A stretch of 63,795 nucleotides of DNA, filler included, from Rhabdomonas costata (Eukaryota), in NCBI GenBank assembly GCA_019059605.1. It is 44 parts of 44 records of this genome, joined end to end, with 100 filler letters (N's around TTAATTAATTAA, not from the genome) between each part and the next. Parts side by side here need not be neighbours in the genome. Positions count along the whole stretch, not along the records: positions 1 to 1,352 come from JAHMHO010018448.1; positions 1,453 to 2,805 come from JAHMHO010018449.1; positions 2,906 to 4,258 come from JAHMHO010018450.1; positions 4,359 to 5,711 come from JAHMHO010018451.1; positions 5,812 to 7,164 come from JAHMHO010018452.1; positions 7,265 to 8,617 come from JAHMHO010018453.1; positions 8,718 to 10,070 come from JAHMHO010018454.1; positions 10,171 to 11,523 come from JAHMHO010018455.1; 36 more parts are not named here. One strand, given 5' to 3'. Below, one piece after another: positions 1 through 13,076 of this stretch. The number at the start of each line of letters is the position of its first letter. Positions within the stretch are counted from its first letter, which is position 1. The notes under the pieces were generated by a model. The model was not told the origin of the DNA. It ran no database searches and saw nothing but the letters and a program-made list of their open reading frames with translations. The position numbers and the translations under genes are program-made.

Positions 1-1352
1 GTTGTGTTGTAGAAGTAATTAGATGTTGCCGTAGAAAAGGAGTCTTGGACCTCTCCCCTGGGGTTTTGTTTTGTTGCTTCCTTCTTGTTGTGTCCTTCTT
101 GTTTCCTATTCTTCATTTTCCTCCGAACTCCCACTCTCACTGTGTTGGTTCCTTGTTAGCCTCTGGAATTTCTTGTTCCGGTTTCAGTCATTGATGACGA
201 ACCTGAAAATAGGTAAGGGGAATTGCTTGGGCATCTTTATATCAATGTTGCGGTCGCGGGGTCCGGATTGAACTCACGGAAGCCTTCCCTGAACCCTGAA
301 CATAGAACTGCACCGCCTTGGTCAACTTCAAAAGACAGCACAAACCATTTTTCCAGCAAAGCACCTCAGCTGCGGGTTTTCCAGGAAGCAGCAAAAGGAA
401 AGAGCTCCAGCAGGAGGGGTGACTGCATCACGGGAGTTTCTTCGCTCAATGGAAAATGATACCCCAGTCCAATGAGAAAGAGTTCATTGGAAAGCGCGGA
501 AAGGGTCAGAGTGGGGGTGCGAACGTGGTGTGGTCGTTGTGAATGTGTGTGTGTGCAGGTTTTGCCTGAGGTATGGGGGCAGAGGAAGAGGCGCTGGTGT
601 GGGACTTGGCCGAGGCCGTGGCAGCGGAGAGGTTGGGGCTGTGGTAGAGCTTCAGGGCCGCGGGGAGAGCGCCTGCGGAGCGGGCCCACAGCCACGGGGG
701 AGCCTCGCCCCGCACAATCACCGCCGTCGAGCCCATCCCCACACCAACCACAACCACAGAGACCTGACAGTACAATCCATAAACATACAACAAAACAGAG
801 AACCATTAAAAAGCAATAAAAGCGAGGAAGACAATTCTCTGAATGCTCTACCTAGGGAAGAAGAAACTGGATCCAGAAGGAGACTTGCACCTGAAATGCA
901 TCCTTTGCGAAGAAGTTTACAGGGATGCGGGAATTTCCAATTCACATGCGCTGTGACGGGCTCTGTGGAACAGATAATCTTTGGGCAGCACAGGATTTTC
1001 AAAAGACTCCTGTAAAAAAAATTTCCTACATTTTGGCGCGTCTTTCCGAACATTCGAACATTCCGCAGTTATCCGAATGCGCGTGACGACGCTTTCAGCG
1101 CACAGTGCCATGGAAAAAGCTATTTGGCCAACTGCATCGGAAATGGAGAGAGACCTAGACATCCATTGCGCACAAAAACCTTCTGGAAAAGTTACATAAC
1201 AGGTACTCAGCTTCGATTTAAAACTGGGTTCATATTAGTCGTGGGCGGCTCATGTACGTGCCCGGACATAAACCGCCGACGGCTCGGCATCCTAAGAACA
1301 TCTAAACACACAAACAAACACACACATCACAGTCGAATTTGAACCACACAAA

Positions 1353-1452
1353 NNNNNNNNNNNNNNNNNNNNNNNNNNNNNNNNNNNNNNNNNNNNTTAA
1401 TTAATTAANNNNNNNNNNNNNNNNNNNNNNNNNNNNNNNNNNNNNNNNNNNN
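1353..1452. other. Artificial contig spacer N44-TTAATTAATTAA-N44 (first of about 43, recurring roughly every 1452 bp)
   Basis: The same N-flanked TTAATTAATTAA, with stops in all six frames, recurs at near-constant spacing, and the flanking sequences are unrelated. Confidence 0.98.
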
Positions 1453-1538
1453 TGTTTTTGTGCTTTCCGACTGGACCCGATCAGGTTTTAGAGAAGAAAG
1501 AAGAACCTCTTTTCAGACTGTCATATGATGCCCCATAG

Positions 1539-2301
1539 GAGTTCCGCCTCGTCGTGGAAGAAGTACCTGATTCGGCTGATGTATGACAAGGGGCTGTTCA
1601 TGGTGTACCCGAACTTTCGCAACCGCAGCGTACTGTGCACGAATCACTTCCTAAAAGGTCATGTGCTCTGTCATGCACGCTTTCCTCCGCCGTAGTGCCT
1701 CCGTACTGCCGTAGTGTATGGCATTTGTGAATCATTAACAGAGGCTACCTACTTGTGTGGAAGCCTTAATGCTCACTCAGTAGCTGAGGGTGTCATTCGG
1801 AGGAATGCGAGTGCTGTGCATCTCCTTAGCCAATAGCAAAGATGAGGCCGAAAGCAAACATGCCGACAGCAAAGTTGTTACTTTCTTATCTTTGCGTCCC
1901 AGATCCTGTTCGGTTTGGAAAATTGTGCCACCCGGACGTGGGATGTTTACCCAGCTTGGCCGTGCGTGCTTTTGTGCCTACCAGCATGTGGCGAGTAGAT
2001 ACGCGGCTTTCCTCATGTCTTTGCATTGCTCGCGGGTTGGAGATTTCTGAATCCGCTGCAGGTTGATTCCCTTCCTTCCCTCACAGGGGAGCACCGCCTG
2101 CCCGACGCCCGTCTCTATGAGCTTCCTCTGCTTTACCCGGAAGACGCCGTGGGCTCCTTTCCCTTCGCCATGCCAGAGCTGTCTTCCCTGGCCGTGCTGG
2201 ACGTGCAGGCCCGGCCTGTGACTGGGGGGCTGGCGGGGCTTCCCAACGCCGCGGCAGAATACCACCCCAGGGCTTTCCGCGCTCCAGAGCACCAGGGCTA
2301 G
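1539..2301 (+). CDS. 3' part of a GT2-like glycosyltransferase (two exons, 1539-1657 and 2087-2301)
   Basis: The spliced product is SSASSWKKYLIRLMYDKGLFMVYPNFRNRSVLCTNHFLKG/EHRLPDARLYELPLL...*. It resembles the SWKK..I..MY..G....YPNF....STNH..G.H motif of plant/fungal GT2-like proteins. AG/GT borders are phase-compatible. Confidence 0.6.
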
Positions 2302-3083
2302 GCCATGGATTCTATGGCAGAGAGCCTGCCGCCGTTTCGATCTTTGGCGGTGCGACCACAGCGTCCCCGAGTCGGGGCAGAGCTCATCTGCGGAGATTCG
2401 GATTCACGATCGAGCCCGTGTTTCGATCGCCGTTCTGGGCGTGACAGACATAACAGACAGCATTTCGCTGTATATGCACCAGAACTGCAGCCTACTCACT
2501 CACGCGGATAGGGTGCGCTTCTTGCTGCAGCGCTTCAGAAAAGCAACGTGGTTACTACTGCGGTTACTACCTTTTGACGTTGGACTTGAAACTGTGCTGT
2601 ACAGGGCATATTGGTGCGGGTGCTACTGGCATGACAACCCTTCGAAAGAGTGAGAGGGCCGAGGTTCCTTCCCGTTTTTACCGGCCTTCAGGCTTCACTT
2701 GCCCGCTTTCCGTTGTTCTGCAACTTCAACTTCAGCATTTTGGGGTCGTGGCTACACGAGTGCACGCTCGCAGAGCGGTTTGGTGTGGGCCACGACCCCA
2801 AAAACNNNNNNNNNNNNNNNNNNNNNNNNNNNNNNNNNNNNNNNNNNNNTTAATTAATTAANNNNNNNNNNNNNNNNNNNNNNNNNNNNNNNNNNNNNNN
2901 NNNNNGTTTTTTTTGCCTTGGGCTGTTTTTTTTTCGGCCTGCTTGGGTTTTGATAATAGAAAGAACAGTGTGCTGACACACCCCTGCACGCCGGTGTGCA
3001 AGCAATGATTTTTAACTTTTGTTTCAAGAGCTTTTGGGTGCTTAAGAAGACAGTTATATACGGAAGAGAGCGAGAGGGCATAC

Positions 3084-3475
3084 GTCCATCAGCACCAGGT
3101 CGAAGGGCTCTGGAGCTGCGGAGCGGGCCGCTCGTAGAGCCTCTGCGCCGTTACTCGCGGAGTGCACTTCGGTGAAGCCCATCTGTGCCAGCTTCAACGA
3201 GATCACCCTCCGGTTGAGCTCTGCGCAAAACGAGAGCAAAGGATACAAGAGGCAGGGTGTGCCCTAACCACCCAAAAAATTGGACACGGCCAGCAGGCGC
3301 ACGACAGGAAAGAAGAGGCAGAAACGCCAAAAGACAAACAGGTCGCAATACCCCGGGCATACCAACGTCGTCTACAACCAAGACTTTCATCTTCTTGACG
3401 AAGTCACCGAGGCTGCGCTCTCCAGTTGAATCGAGCGGCAGCCTCCCAAAGCAACCCGCGGAAGAATCGCTTTTG
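3084..3475 (-). CDS. Two-component response-regulator receiver domain (exons 3475-3363 and 3220-3084), partial
   Basis: The spliced product is MKVLVVDDVELNRRVISLKLAQMGFTEVHSASNGAEALRAARSAAPEPFDLVLMD, a typical REC domain up to the phospho-acceptor Asp. Both donors are GTATGC and the phases match. Confidence 0.9.
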
Positions 3476-4451
3476 CTATGAAAAATATCAAGAGAAAGCC
3501 CTCAGCTGCAACCTGCACAACCTACTTTTGAAAACTCGGCCACTGATGACAACAGAGATCCGGACCACCGGTGTAAAAAAAAGCAGATCGAATTGAGACT
3601 GTGTGTCAACACGATACGCAGCCAGCCCCCCCCCCTTCAACTGCATGACACCATCGAAACTTTCTGAGACACTGAACACTGAGGGCAATTCTGAACAGTG
3701 AGTCAGGTGCTAATAAAGCCTTTTTTGCTCTTTAAGACGGGAAGGTTTTCTATTACCTGAGAACTATCCCACCGGGACCCGCCACCCTTGTGAAGAAATC
3801 AACTTCACTCACAAGGCAAAACCGATTTGTACATAAGGGAAGGGCCAAACAGTTTCCTACTTGCAAATAATACGGACAGAACAGTAAGCAATACAAGGCG
3901 TGCTCGTAAAGGCCGCAGCCGGTGACGTCATAGAAGCCCCCTGGCCTCCTGAATCAGTGCAGTACAGCTGCTCAGCTGCGCTGCAAAGGCATCGTTAGGA
4001 AGAGCCTTGGACAGCTCGAGACAGTGATCCATCTGAAGCGGAGGACGGCAGGGACGGCGGGATAGGGAAGCAGCGTCAACAAAACAGCCAAACCCGCGGA
4101 AAACAGAGAGTGAAGAGTTGTCATAAAAATAGACAAAGCATGGGCGCTGCGCGCCGACAATGGGCAGGGGTGATGAAGGGAGAATCGCGAATGACTCACC
4201 TTCGGGCATTGTCGGCGCGCAGCGCCCATGCTTTGTCTATTTTTATGACAACACCACANNNNNNNNNNNNNNNNNNNNNNNNNNNNNNNNNNNNNNNNNN
4301 NNTTAATTAATTAANNNNNNNNNNNNNNNNNNNNNNNNNNNNNNNNNNNNNNNNNNNNGGTGTGTGGGGGGGGTGCTGGGCGGGGAAGTTTTTGTGGGCT
4401 TCATTGCCGGCTGGACACTGTTATTGTTATTGGTTAGTTATTATTGATTCA

Positions 4452-5408
<957 letters not shown>

Positions 5409-6219
5409 TTATTCTACGGGTGTACCAATATCCATGGGTTACACATTTCTGTAAATAGTTACCCGGAGGGTCCATCAGAGCAGCCGGAATGGAATGCTCA
5501 GCCCGCCCAACTGCATACTCGCACCCACACACAGGAACACAGGTGCGGAGGTGGAAGACAAGCCATCACCCTTTGTAGCTCTCACCTGGAGGACCCTCAC
5601 TCAGTCCTGCAAACACCCCACACCCCACCCCATCATCACGCAATTCCAAACAGCTCCAAGAATGTCCCAGGCAAATCACTCGGGCACTGGGCCCACCCCC
5701 TTTTCTCGCCANNNNNNNNNNNNNNNNNNNNNNNNNNNNNNNNNNNNNNNNNNNNTTAATTAATTAANNNNNNNNNNNNNNNNNNNNNNNNNNNNNNNNN
5801 NNNNNNNNNNNTTTGTGTGTGGGTGAACAAATGGAAGCCTCAGAACGTTCCCCTGACCCACTCGACGGACGAAGCATTTTGCGTCAAATAAACACAGAGA
5901 GGATATGCAGTTTCCGGAGCTGTTTCTGGACCCCCCCCCCTCGGAGGGGGGGTGTTCCATTGCCGCATGATGGGAAACAAAATTCGGGTTAACAATTATG
6001 CCACTGCGGTGGGCAATGGTGCTATACTTCTGGTTTGGCGGAGAACGTTCTTTTGATTATCAGGGTGCGTTCAACACTGTCCTGGCGCAATTTTGATTAT
6101 TTCCGGTATACTTGCTGGTCGCTTCTGATTGTGTACACTCTCCTCAATGTGTGCTTGCGCTAACGGTTTGCCATCCACTTCAGGCGGCACTTTGGACGAG
6201 AACCTTCCCGAAGGTCTTC

Positions 6220-6700
6220 TCAACGGTAAGACCCTGAGGTCTCCCACCGCATCTGGTGCGCTATCACGCTTGCCATTTGGGAGGCTCCTGAGCCCCGAAA
6301 ACACCGTCCCAGGACCCGAGCGAAGGGAAAGCGTGCAGGCGCTCTCCGCAGCCCCAACTCGCTCTCACAGTCAGTCCTCTTCGGGGATGATGAAGGAAGT
6401 AGGAAAAAGGACCACTCCTAGTTCTCCCCCAATTGCATGAATTTGCGCATGTCTTCTGGGGAGGGGGGTAGGAGTCTCCACGTTTCCACATTATTGTGCA
6501 CCCGCCTATTTCCGCTGCATCGGTGAGAAAATTGCACGTTTTTTTTTCCCGTTTCGAAAGCCAAGCCAACTCCAGCTGTGTAATTCCACTTCCTCTGTGT
6601 CCCTGTGCCACCTCAAGACTGATGAAGTTAGATAGTCTCAGTCGGGTTTCTTCTGCACTTCGAACCTGTCCATGGGGCATCAGCTTCTCCCATTCCTGGG
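6220..6700 (-). mobile_element. Degenerate tyrosine recombinase (DIRS/Ngaro/VIPER-like or Crypton-like relic)
   Basis: Across frameshifts the minus strand gives, in order, RLRLSNFISL (box I Arg), LSKR (Lys), LSLRSG (HxxR-like) and VIAHQMRWETSGSY (RW..S..Y). Stops and frameshifts are present and there is no intron pattern. Confidence 0.45.
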
Positions 6701-6889
6701 ATTCTGACACGATTGTAACGGCAGGTCGAAGAGCGATGGGTTTTTTTTTCGGAGAAGAGCCGTGGAGAGGGTGTGGCAGGGTGAGGTTTTGTCTGTTGCT
6801 GTTTTGGGAACGCGCATTGCTTCCCATCTTGTGCTTTGCTCGTTGTGACATGTACAGTCATGCACCGTGCGCCTTGCCGTTACCGCCCA

Positions 6890-6920
6890 ATCCACGATCC
6901 ACGATCCACGATCCACGATC
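6890..6920 (+). repeat. (ATCCACG)n tandem repeat, about 4.5 copies
   Basis: atccacgatccacgatccacgatccacgatc is visible directly. Confidence 0.9.
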
Positions 6921-7621
6921 CATCCGTGATTCGCTGAATCTCTAATCTCGCGAACCCAAGGCCGAGGCTCCCCGAGTGGGGACCAACCCTGGCTTCTCTT
7001 TCTTTTTGTCAAGGCAAGGACCCGCTGTGCGATGTCTCGGGGCTAAACAGCGTGGTGCATCGCAGTGGCATATTTGTAGGTCCGACGCGATTGAGCCTTG
7101 ACACACCAGTCCTCTGTACCGGTACACGTGTATTCTTTTTATTCTCCTGATACAACCACCACCCNNNNNNNNNNNNNNNNNNNNNNNNNNNNNNNNNNNN
7201 NNNNNNNNTTAATTAATTAANNNNNNNNNNNNNNNNNNNNNNNNNNNNNNNNNNNNNNNNNNNNGCTCCTTAATTGATCTGTGCAGGATTAACGCGGGTG
7301 GTTTGGGTTATGGCTGAGGATGCAGAGTCGCCTTGCACTCCCGAAAGGTTAGCTGATAACTCAACTAGTGCAAGACAAAATTTATTGAAATGGCAATCTG
7401 TGGAGATATACAATGAGAAGCATTTTCCAATTACGAAGCGACCGAAGTGGAAGATACAGCATGCCGTACGTCAAAATTCCGTGTGATGTAGGCTTCGGTG
7501 TCGATCACTTCTGCAGTTAGCTGCTCTGAAACACCATGAAAGGCTCCAAACCGAACCAAACCGATTCAAACCAACATTAACCTCGCACACTCCACTCCAG
7601 TTGTAGAACAACGCGCACGTG

Positions 7622-7812
7622 TGTGTCTCAATGTACTACATCAATTGCGCCACCAGATCACACTTCTTGACGTGGTAGTCCATAATTCCGTGGTTGAACA
7701 ACAAGATGTTCACATTCCATTGGTAGTCGGGATCAACCCATGACAAACCACTGTGCGTGGTTATTGCAAACGCCATAAGCTCATTGTCTACTGCTGCAAT
7801 AACCACATCTTC
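7622..7812 (-). pseudogene. Trimeric dUTPase pseudogene fragment
   Basis: The minus frame reads ...AITTHSGLSWVDPDYQWNVNILLFNHGIMDYHVKKCDLVAQLM*YIET, matching decayed motifs II (RSGL), III (IDxDYRG) and IV (GDRIAQL). It has an internal deletion and a TAG at 7636-7638. Confidence 0.7.
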
Positions 7813-10800
7813 TGCAATGGTCAGTTAAAAACCTGCGGCTAGTGTGGTGCTTCGTCGTGGCAGAACATCACTGATGCTGACACATTTCACCAGAAGAGTT
7901 TCCGCCTCTGGCAATGAAACCTTGCATCCTCATAGGTTCCAAGCACGAGAGTAGTTGACTCAAGCTCCACACACCGTTAATTTACGTCAGGATTGCGCAT
8001 GGGCTCAATGGCATTTGGTTACTGGTTATGTGCATTTTCAGAAGGAGGAATGTAGTATGGGAGACATGGTACGGAACTCCCAATTGCTTTTGCAACAGGA
8101 ACACAAGTGAGCTTCTTTCACGTCCTGTTCTGAACTGTTACTCAGTTATTCAAATGGTTGAATTGATGAAGAAAAAGATAGCCCAACACAATTGAAAGAG
8201 GAGTTTCACACGAAAAGAAAGCCTATTTCGCTTGCAAATGAACATTGTCCGTCAGTCAGTGTATTCCCACTCGCGACCTTTACCTGAATATGTCTCTGGA
8301 TTCGTAGGCAACATCCCGCGGTCACGAAAACTGGGCGGACAAATGTTATCACGCGCCTCTGTGGTCACAGAACTGAAAAAACGTGTTCCGTTGGAACCGC
8401 ATCGTATGATCTAACATGAAATCCGCAGTCAAAGTCTGCTTATCGGCGGCTTATCAACCTGAATGTGCACTGGTATGGTGGTCTAAGGCTCTCCGCGCGC
8501 CAAACGTCGGTCATTTTTCTGCATTGTGGCATCCACAAACTAAGCTCCTGGTACCTAGTGCGTCCTCTACACAAGTAACAAGCGTTCCCGCACTTACAAA
8601 GCGTGGCACAAAACCCCNNNNNNNNNNNNNNNNNNNNNNNNNNNNNNNNNNNNNNNNNNNNTTAATTAATTAANNNNNNNNNNNNNNNNNNNNNNNNNNN
8701 NNNNNNNNNNNNNNNNNGTTTTGTGGGTTCTGCCATATTTGCCCCCCCCCCCTCAAGACCTGGCATGTGTCAATTTAACTTAAGCTGGGCTGACCGTTTG
8801 GAGCCCTCGCATGGTAGGGTGCTTTGAGTTGGGTTTGCTACGACGCAAGGGTCATTTTGGTTCTGCTTTAAGTTCTTTATGACTTAGCCTCACTGCACAG
8901 ACCAAAATTAGGCTCTGGAATGTTGCTAAGGTGCACAGGTATGGTTGGTGCAGCGAGAGGACGGACAAAAAAACGTCACTACGGGGGGTAGCGTTAAGGA
9001 CTGCTCGCAGGGCGTCTGGTCCACCGTGCACTGGTTGGAGGTTCAGGGGTGTAATGAGGAGAGAGGGCCGGTCGCCGTTTTACGATGGCTGGCTGGTTTG
9101 TCTCCCTGTGCTTTCGTGGCGTGCAGACCTTCCTAGACCCTCGCAGTGATCAGTACGAGATGGTTGTGCGGGAGCTCCGCGACATCGCCGCCAAGGAGCG
9201 CGTGCTGAACCGTCGCACCAAGCGAGCCCAGCAGCGCTCTGGTCTCTTCTCCTCACCCCCCACACACATACTCCATCCGACAAAACTTGGACACACTCCT
9301 GTCATACTCTCTGACTTGGGGGCAGTAGGCCGTGCAACGCCCCTTGTGCTCCCACTCTCTCGCCATGGCCTTTCCCCCCCGGGCAGCCACGGAGACCCGT
9401 AGTCCAGAAGCCGTGCATTTAATCTCCTTTCCCAGTCGCCAAGCTTCGGTAGGAAATGCAGTTGACCTTTTTTTTCTCGCTCGATTGGGTCTCTCTTGAG
9501 AGAGGTTTGCAGGGGTAGTGGGACAGGTGGAGGGTGAACTGGGAATGAAAATCATTCGTCCATTTCTTGGGACGTGTGAGTGACAGTGAGTGAAACTGCT
9601 TTTGACTGGTTTGCTTTGCCCTTTCCCGCTCAGCGGATCCCAAGAAGGGTGGCCCGGGCGCTGCAGTGCGGCCGTCTTCCGCGACGGTAGCCTCGCCCTC
9701 AGCACAGTCTCCTTCCAGTCAGAAGGTCCTTCGTTCGATCGCTATCTTGTTCTCTGGGAACCGATTGGATCGTTACAGCAAACCGACAGGGAACCTGACT
9801 TTCCTGAATCCCCACCCCCCTATTTTTCTTTTTGTACCGCATTTCTGTACGAAGTCTTGACGCTGCATTGATGGTCGTGTTCCAAAGCGGAAACCTGAAA
9901 TTTTTGCCACTTTATTTACTGTTCCTGTGCTTCAGCCTTCTGATGGGTCAGAATCTGGTGCATCGTATGGTGAGGAGAGATCATTTGTCCTGTGCCTCGG
10001 CTTCCCCAAATGCAGACACTCCTTTTTCGTCCTCCGCCCCCGCCTTCTGCAGGCTGTGGACCCCACACACNNNNNNNNNNNNNNNNNNNNNNNNNNNNNN
10101 NNNNNNNNNNNNNNTTAATTAATTAANNNNNNNNNNNNNNNNNNNNNNNNNNNNNNNNNNNNNNNNNNNNTTCGTCGGGTTCCTCCCCGCCCCGAGGGGA
10201 CACCACCACAACGTCCTCCACCACCTCCACCCCGGGCACCGGGGGCGAGGACCGCGCTGTCGCCCCGCTGCCAACCAGCGACGCCATTGACCGGTTGGAG
10301 GCCTCTCTTCGGCTGGAGAGGTGGCTTCAGTTCTGTCCTTCTCTTGTGCTTTTCGTGGTTGTTCTTGCTGATGTTGATCATGATTGTTAATGGTGCTGCA
10401 ATTGGACCGATCCTTCATTACCACCAGTCTGTGATGGAGCACGGGGGCCAGAACAGGCGCGCACATGGGGGTCTTGATGCCCGGCAGGTCACTAGCAGGG
10501 TGTAGATGGCGCAATGGTGAGGTGCTGTTTGAAGATGTTGCTGTTGGTTATCTTTCTAGCGCCGTCGAGCTCCTGAACTTGGGGGCCTGAAGGCGCCCAG
10601 AGAATGGCTGGAGGAGGAGTCCTTCGTCCTTTCGGTCTTTTCCGACGAGATTACGTGGAACCAGAGCGAGAGGGAGAGAGAGAGGTTGAAAACGCTGCAG
10701 GGGGTTACGTCATGGCACACGAAAACATCTCTGCTCGCTAACGAAGACATCCTGCACACGTGCGCACACAACGGGACGGCGGAAGCAGTGAAACGTCAAA

Positions 10801-10920
10801 ATTTATCTGACAGTTCATCCAATCCACACAGACACACACCTTTAACCCTGTCAGCCGATCACTCTGCGATCACTACTAGCCAGTGGGACGACATCCAGTG
10901 CGCTTTGCGCCTGACTTTAG

Positions 10921-11038
10921 GCTTCGGATGGAGAACGTGTCGAAGGAGAAGAAGACTGCGGAGCAGCAGCTGAAGGCTAAGGAGAAGGAGCTGGAGAAGG
11001 CCCTGGCTGAGCTGGAGGAGATTCGCACGGAAACGGGG
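10921..11038 (+). CDS. Coiled-coil protein exon, hypothetical
   Basis: LRMENVSKEKKTAEQQLKAKEKELEKALAELEEIRTETG has high GC3 and is bounded by CTGACTTTAG and GT. Confidence 0.6.
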
Positions 11039-11867
11039 TGGAGCCGAGCCCACACCACCAGCCGCGCGCCCTTCAAGGCAGCTCGCCTGAACCGCCCCCT
11101 TCATCTGTTCCGTTTTTTTCGCATAAAGGCGAATGAACGTCTCGCTAGTGGTTTAGCCTCTCCAGAAGGATTTTGGAAAATGGAACGTACGGGAGGAAAA
11201 CACATCGCAAAAGTCCTTCGGCGACTGTAGTGAACTGTCCCCTCCTCTCGCCACTACATCGGCCGCGAAAAGAGAGCCTCTGCCAGCGAATAGAAGGTTT
11301 TCACCACTTGGAGGTCCATAGCAGCTTCTTCATGCCAAGTCAGGGGGCTGTTTATGTGGAGAGTTGGTATAAAAACGTGCGGGTATTCAGGTGTCGGGAC
11401 AAGCCAAAACTGCAACTTTTTCACAACTACTGTTCCACTGGCAAGGGATGGGGGAATGGGGAGGCCATGTGTGCAGCCCACTCGCAGGTGTGAAAAAGTT
11501 GCAGTTTTGGCTTGCCCCAACCCNNNNNNNNNNNNNNNNNNNNNNNNNNNNNNNNNNNNNNNNNNNNTTAATTAATTAANNNNNNNNNNNNNNNNNNNNN
11601 NNNNNNNNNNNNNNNNNNNNNNNTTGTGTGTGTGCGCCTGAATGACACTCCATTTCATTAAGGCGCACAAACAGAACAAACGGGGAAGAACTCTTCTCTG
11701 ATAAGCCGCAAATTGTCCCCTTGAAGAGTTACGGTTTGTTTTGCTCATGACGTTACCGTTTGCTGCATAACTTCCCACGTGGGCGCGCGTCATGTACTGC
11801 ATCCAAACCACAGCTGGAAAAGAAAAAGAACTACGCGTGCGCCTGTAGCCGGTCTCACACACGGCAT

Positions 11868-12242
11868 TCACAGAGACGTGGTGCGAACAGGTCTAAGGGG
11901 TGGCAATGAGTGACCTGGGGGACATGGCGGACACGGTGGACAAAAAGGGAAGCGCCGCCCCAATGGCCCAGCTAAGGGACCGCACATCGGCCCTCCAAGC
12001 GGCCCATCCAGTATCCCGCGAAAAGGCCCACACATTGGCCCACGAAAGGGACCGCACATCGGCCCCTCGAGGGGTCCATTTATGGGCCCACCGAAAGGCC
12101 CGCACATGGGCCCGCCCATCGGGCCACCCATGGGTCCTCGAAAAGGCCCACCACATGATCCACTGACGAAGCCCCCGCCTAGGGGCGAAAATGGCGTGAT
12201 TTCGTTTCCCCCTGGGCAAGGGTCTAAAAGATCAGGCATCAT
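11868..12242 (-). CDS. Gly-Pro-Met-Cys tetrapeptide-repeat protein (12-bp periodic repeat at about 11964-12155)
   Basis: The 124-aa ORF has about 16 GPxx units (GPMC, GPFR, GPMG) followed by CPPCPPCPPG. GGNCC recurs every 12 bp. Confidence 0.45.
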   Translation of the reverse strand: MMPDLLDPCPGGNEITPFSPLGGGFVSGSCGGPFRGPMGGPMGGPMCGPFGGPINGPLEGPMCGPFRGPMCGPFRGILDGPLGGPMCGPLAGPLGRRFPFCPPCPPCPPGHSLPPLRPVRTTSL

Positions 12243-13076
12243 GGGTCCGACGTGTCCTGCTAACGAGGAGGTGAAGAGGTCAGTTGACTCACAACAAAAA
12301 CGTGTTGAAACGCCTGAGCAGTGGTCGATGGGCTTTGCCTTGGTGCATACATGCCTCGGGTGCTCGGCAGTGAGAATTCAATGCGAGTTAAGGATAATCC
12401 AAATGAAGCACCTTTTGGCTTGGTGGCCCTGTAAATTAAAACAAACATTCGGCCTTGGAAGTGAGTTACTGAGTGTTACTGACCCAACACAAGCGGCATG
12501 TATGCTGCAGTGACACAAAACCCGGTAGATCTATCAGAATCGAAGCAGGCAGGAAAGGGGCGAGAGGGTGCGGAGGAGCCCGTGGGAAAAGCGGATGGCG
12601 GCGAGTTTCGGGAGGACAGCGTAGGAGGTGCGGGGTTGGGGGAAGGGAAGCAGCTTGAGTCCCGTCCAGAAGGGCCGGCTAAAAAGCCCGCCGGGGGCAG
12701 CCCTGTGCGTGGCGGAAGGGGGGAGGAGATACAGGGGTCCTGGGCACGTTCCGAAGGTCCACGAGGCTGGGCGCCGAGGTCAAGCAGCAAATGGGCAGGA
12801 GGTGCAGATGGCGACGGCGAGTATGTAGCACTCGTGGCTTCACGCTGAACGTTAGAGAGCGCGTCAAATTGAGTGCAAGGGCATTTTATTACTGTGAAAC
12901 TTTCACATGCCCGAAAGTACATAAACGGTGGGATGGTCTTGAGCACTATTAGAATTCACCACCTTCCACACACAAANNNNNNNNNNNNNNNNNNNNNNNN
13001 NNNNNNNNNNNNNNNNNNNNTTAATTAATTAANNNNNNNNNNNNNNNNNNNNNNNNNNNNNNNNNNNNNNNNNNNN

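Noticed and set aside
4359-4378. G/T-rich contig starts and A/C-rich contig ends resembling telomeres
   Set aside because: They are non-periodic, about 8-15 nt, and occur on most contigs. This fits degenerate G/T amplification primers or library tails.
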